A DNA stretch of 64,000 nucleotides from Eledone cirrhosa. Taxonomy: Eukaryota. Positions within the stretch are counted from its first letter, which is position 1, and the number at the start of each line of letters is the position of its first letter. Shown here piece by piece: positions 62,873-64,000 of this stretch. Both the position numbers and the translations under genes were made by a program. A model generated the notes under the pieces. It searched no databases, was not told the origin of the DNA, and was given only the letters and a program-made list of their open reading frames with translations. The stretch is taken from contig OZ024740.1 of NCBI GenBank assembly GCA_964016885.1, forward strand, positions 216,318,001-216,382,000, written 5' to 3'.

Positions 62873-63786
62873 TATTATTAATAATTGTTTCTACATTTGG
62901 CACAAGGCCAGCAATAACCCAGTACGTTACTGGTACTTTATTTCATTTTATCGACCCTGTAAGGATGAAAGGCAAAGTTAACCTCGGCGGGATTTGAATT
63001 CAGAATGGCAAGGGCCATAACTCTATGCGTCAAAGCATGGCGTCCGACCCTCTACCGATACTGCCAGTCCACCGCCATTTATTATTAATAATTGTTTCTA
63101 CTTTTGGCACAAGGCCAGCAATCACCCAGTACATTACTGGTACTTTATTTTATCCACCCCGTAAGGATGAAAGGCAAAGTTAGCCTTGGTGGGATTTGAA
63201 CTCAGATTTCTAATTCAGATGCAAGGCCAGCAATTTAGGGAGAAGGTATAAATCGATAAAATTGATTTCCTCTACTTGGTTTTATGAATCAGGATATGTT
63301 TAAATGTTACTGAGACCACAAAACACATATTTTGATTAAATAAAAATATCTATTTTATATAGGGCTAGTTCATGTTCTCTACAATGTTTATATTCACCAC
63401 AATTGAAACACCATTGATGTACTTATATACAGTGAATGTGGTGTGGTAAATAAATGTAGGTCCTTCATTTTATTCACCCTGGAAGGTTGAATGAAAAGCA
63501 AAGTTGACTGCAGTGGGATTTGAACTCAGAATATAAAGTGCCAAACAAATACTTCAACGCCTTTCTTCTGATATTCCAACGTGTCTGTCAATCTGTATTT
63601 ATTATTAATAATTGTTTCTACTTTAGGCCAGCATCACCCAGTGCATTACTGGTACTTTATTTTATCTACCCCGTAAGGATGAAAGGCAAAGTCAACCTCG
63701 GCGGGATTTGAACTCAGATCGTAAAGGGACGTAACTATGCTGGAAAGCATGGCGTCCGACCCTCTACCGATACTGCCAATCCACCG
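62873..63786 (-). mobile_element. Cluster of family B SINEs (62873-63076, 63080-63206, degenerate ~63440-63590, 63598-63786)
   Basis: Repeated reverse complements of the family B sequence inserted into (ATT)n tracts. Confidence 0.85.
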
Positions 63787-64000
63787 TATTAATAATGAAC
63801 TTCTTTAAGTATTTAACTATACTTTCATAATCTGATAATATTGTTGTAACTACTAGCAAGCAATATAAATTTATAATGATTAGAGCAGAGTTTTGTATTC
63901 GTAGTCTACTGTTTTGATTTGTGATACTTGAAGATCATAAGTTAGTTGTCATAGAAGATCATAAGTTAGTTGTCATATCTAGTTCCTATATTTTTGACAT

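Overview
AT-rich, microsatellite-dense eukaryotic DNA. The SINE families resemble those I know from octopus, so a coleoid cephalopod is my inference. No host protein-coding gene can be supported, so the window is probably intronic or intergenic. Main contents: (1) an apparently full-length, intact RTE-clade LINE on the minus strand (~3494-7816), whose 1056-aa APE-RT ORF has a C4HC3 PHD finger inserted inside the RT, plus truncated relatives; (2) two tRNA-derived SINE families, one sharing the RTE 3' tail and one with a Nin/Deu-type core; (3) a CR1-like LINE fragment, three CRE-like RLE-retrotransposon 3' fragments and a decayed Tc1/mariner transposase; (4) piggyBac-, mariner-, hAT- and pogo-type MITEs, with nested insertions; (5) about ten minisatellite arrays with 33-52 bp units; (6) a set of elements the ORF track does not show: type I hammerhead ribozyme motifs, several inside fold-back palindromes and two with unusually long stem II inserts, lying next to (TA)n tracts and resembling Penelope-like pseudo-LTRs. 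All calls were made by eye, with no database searches.
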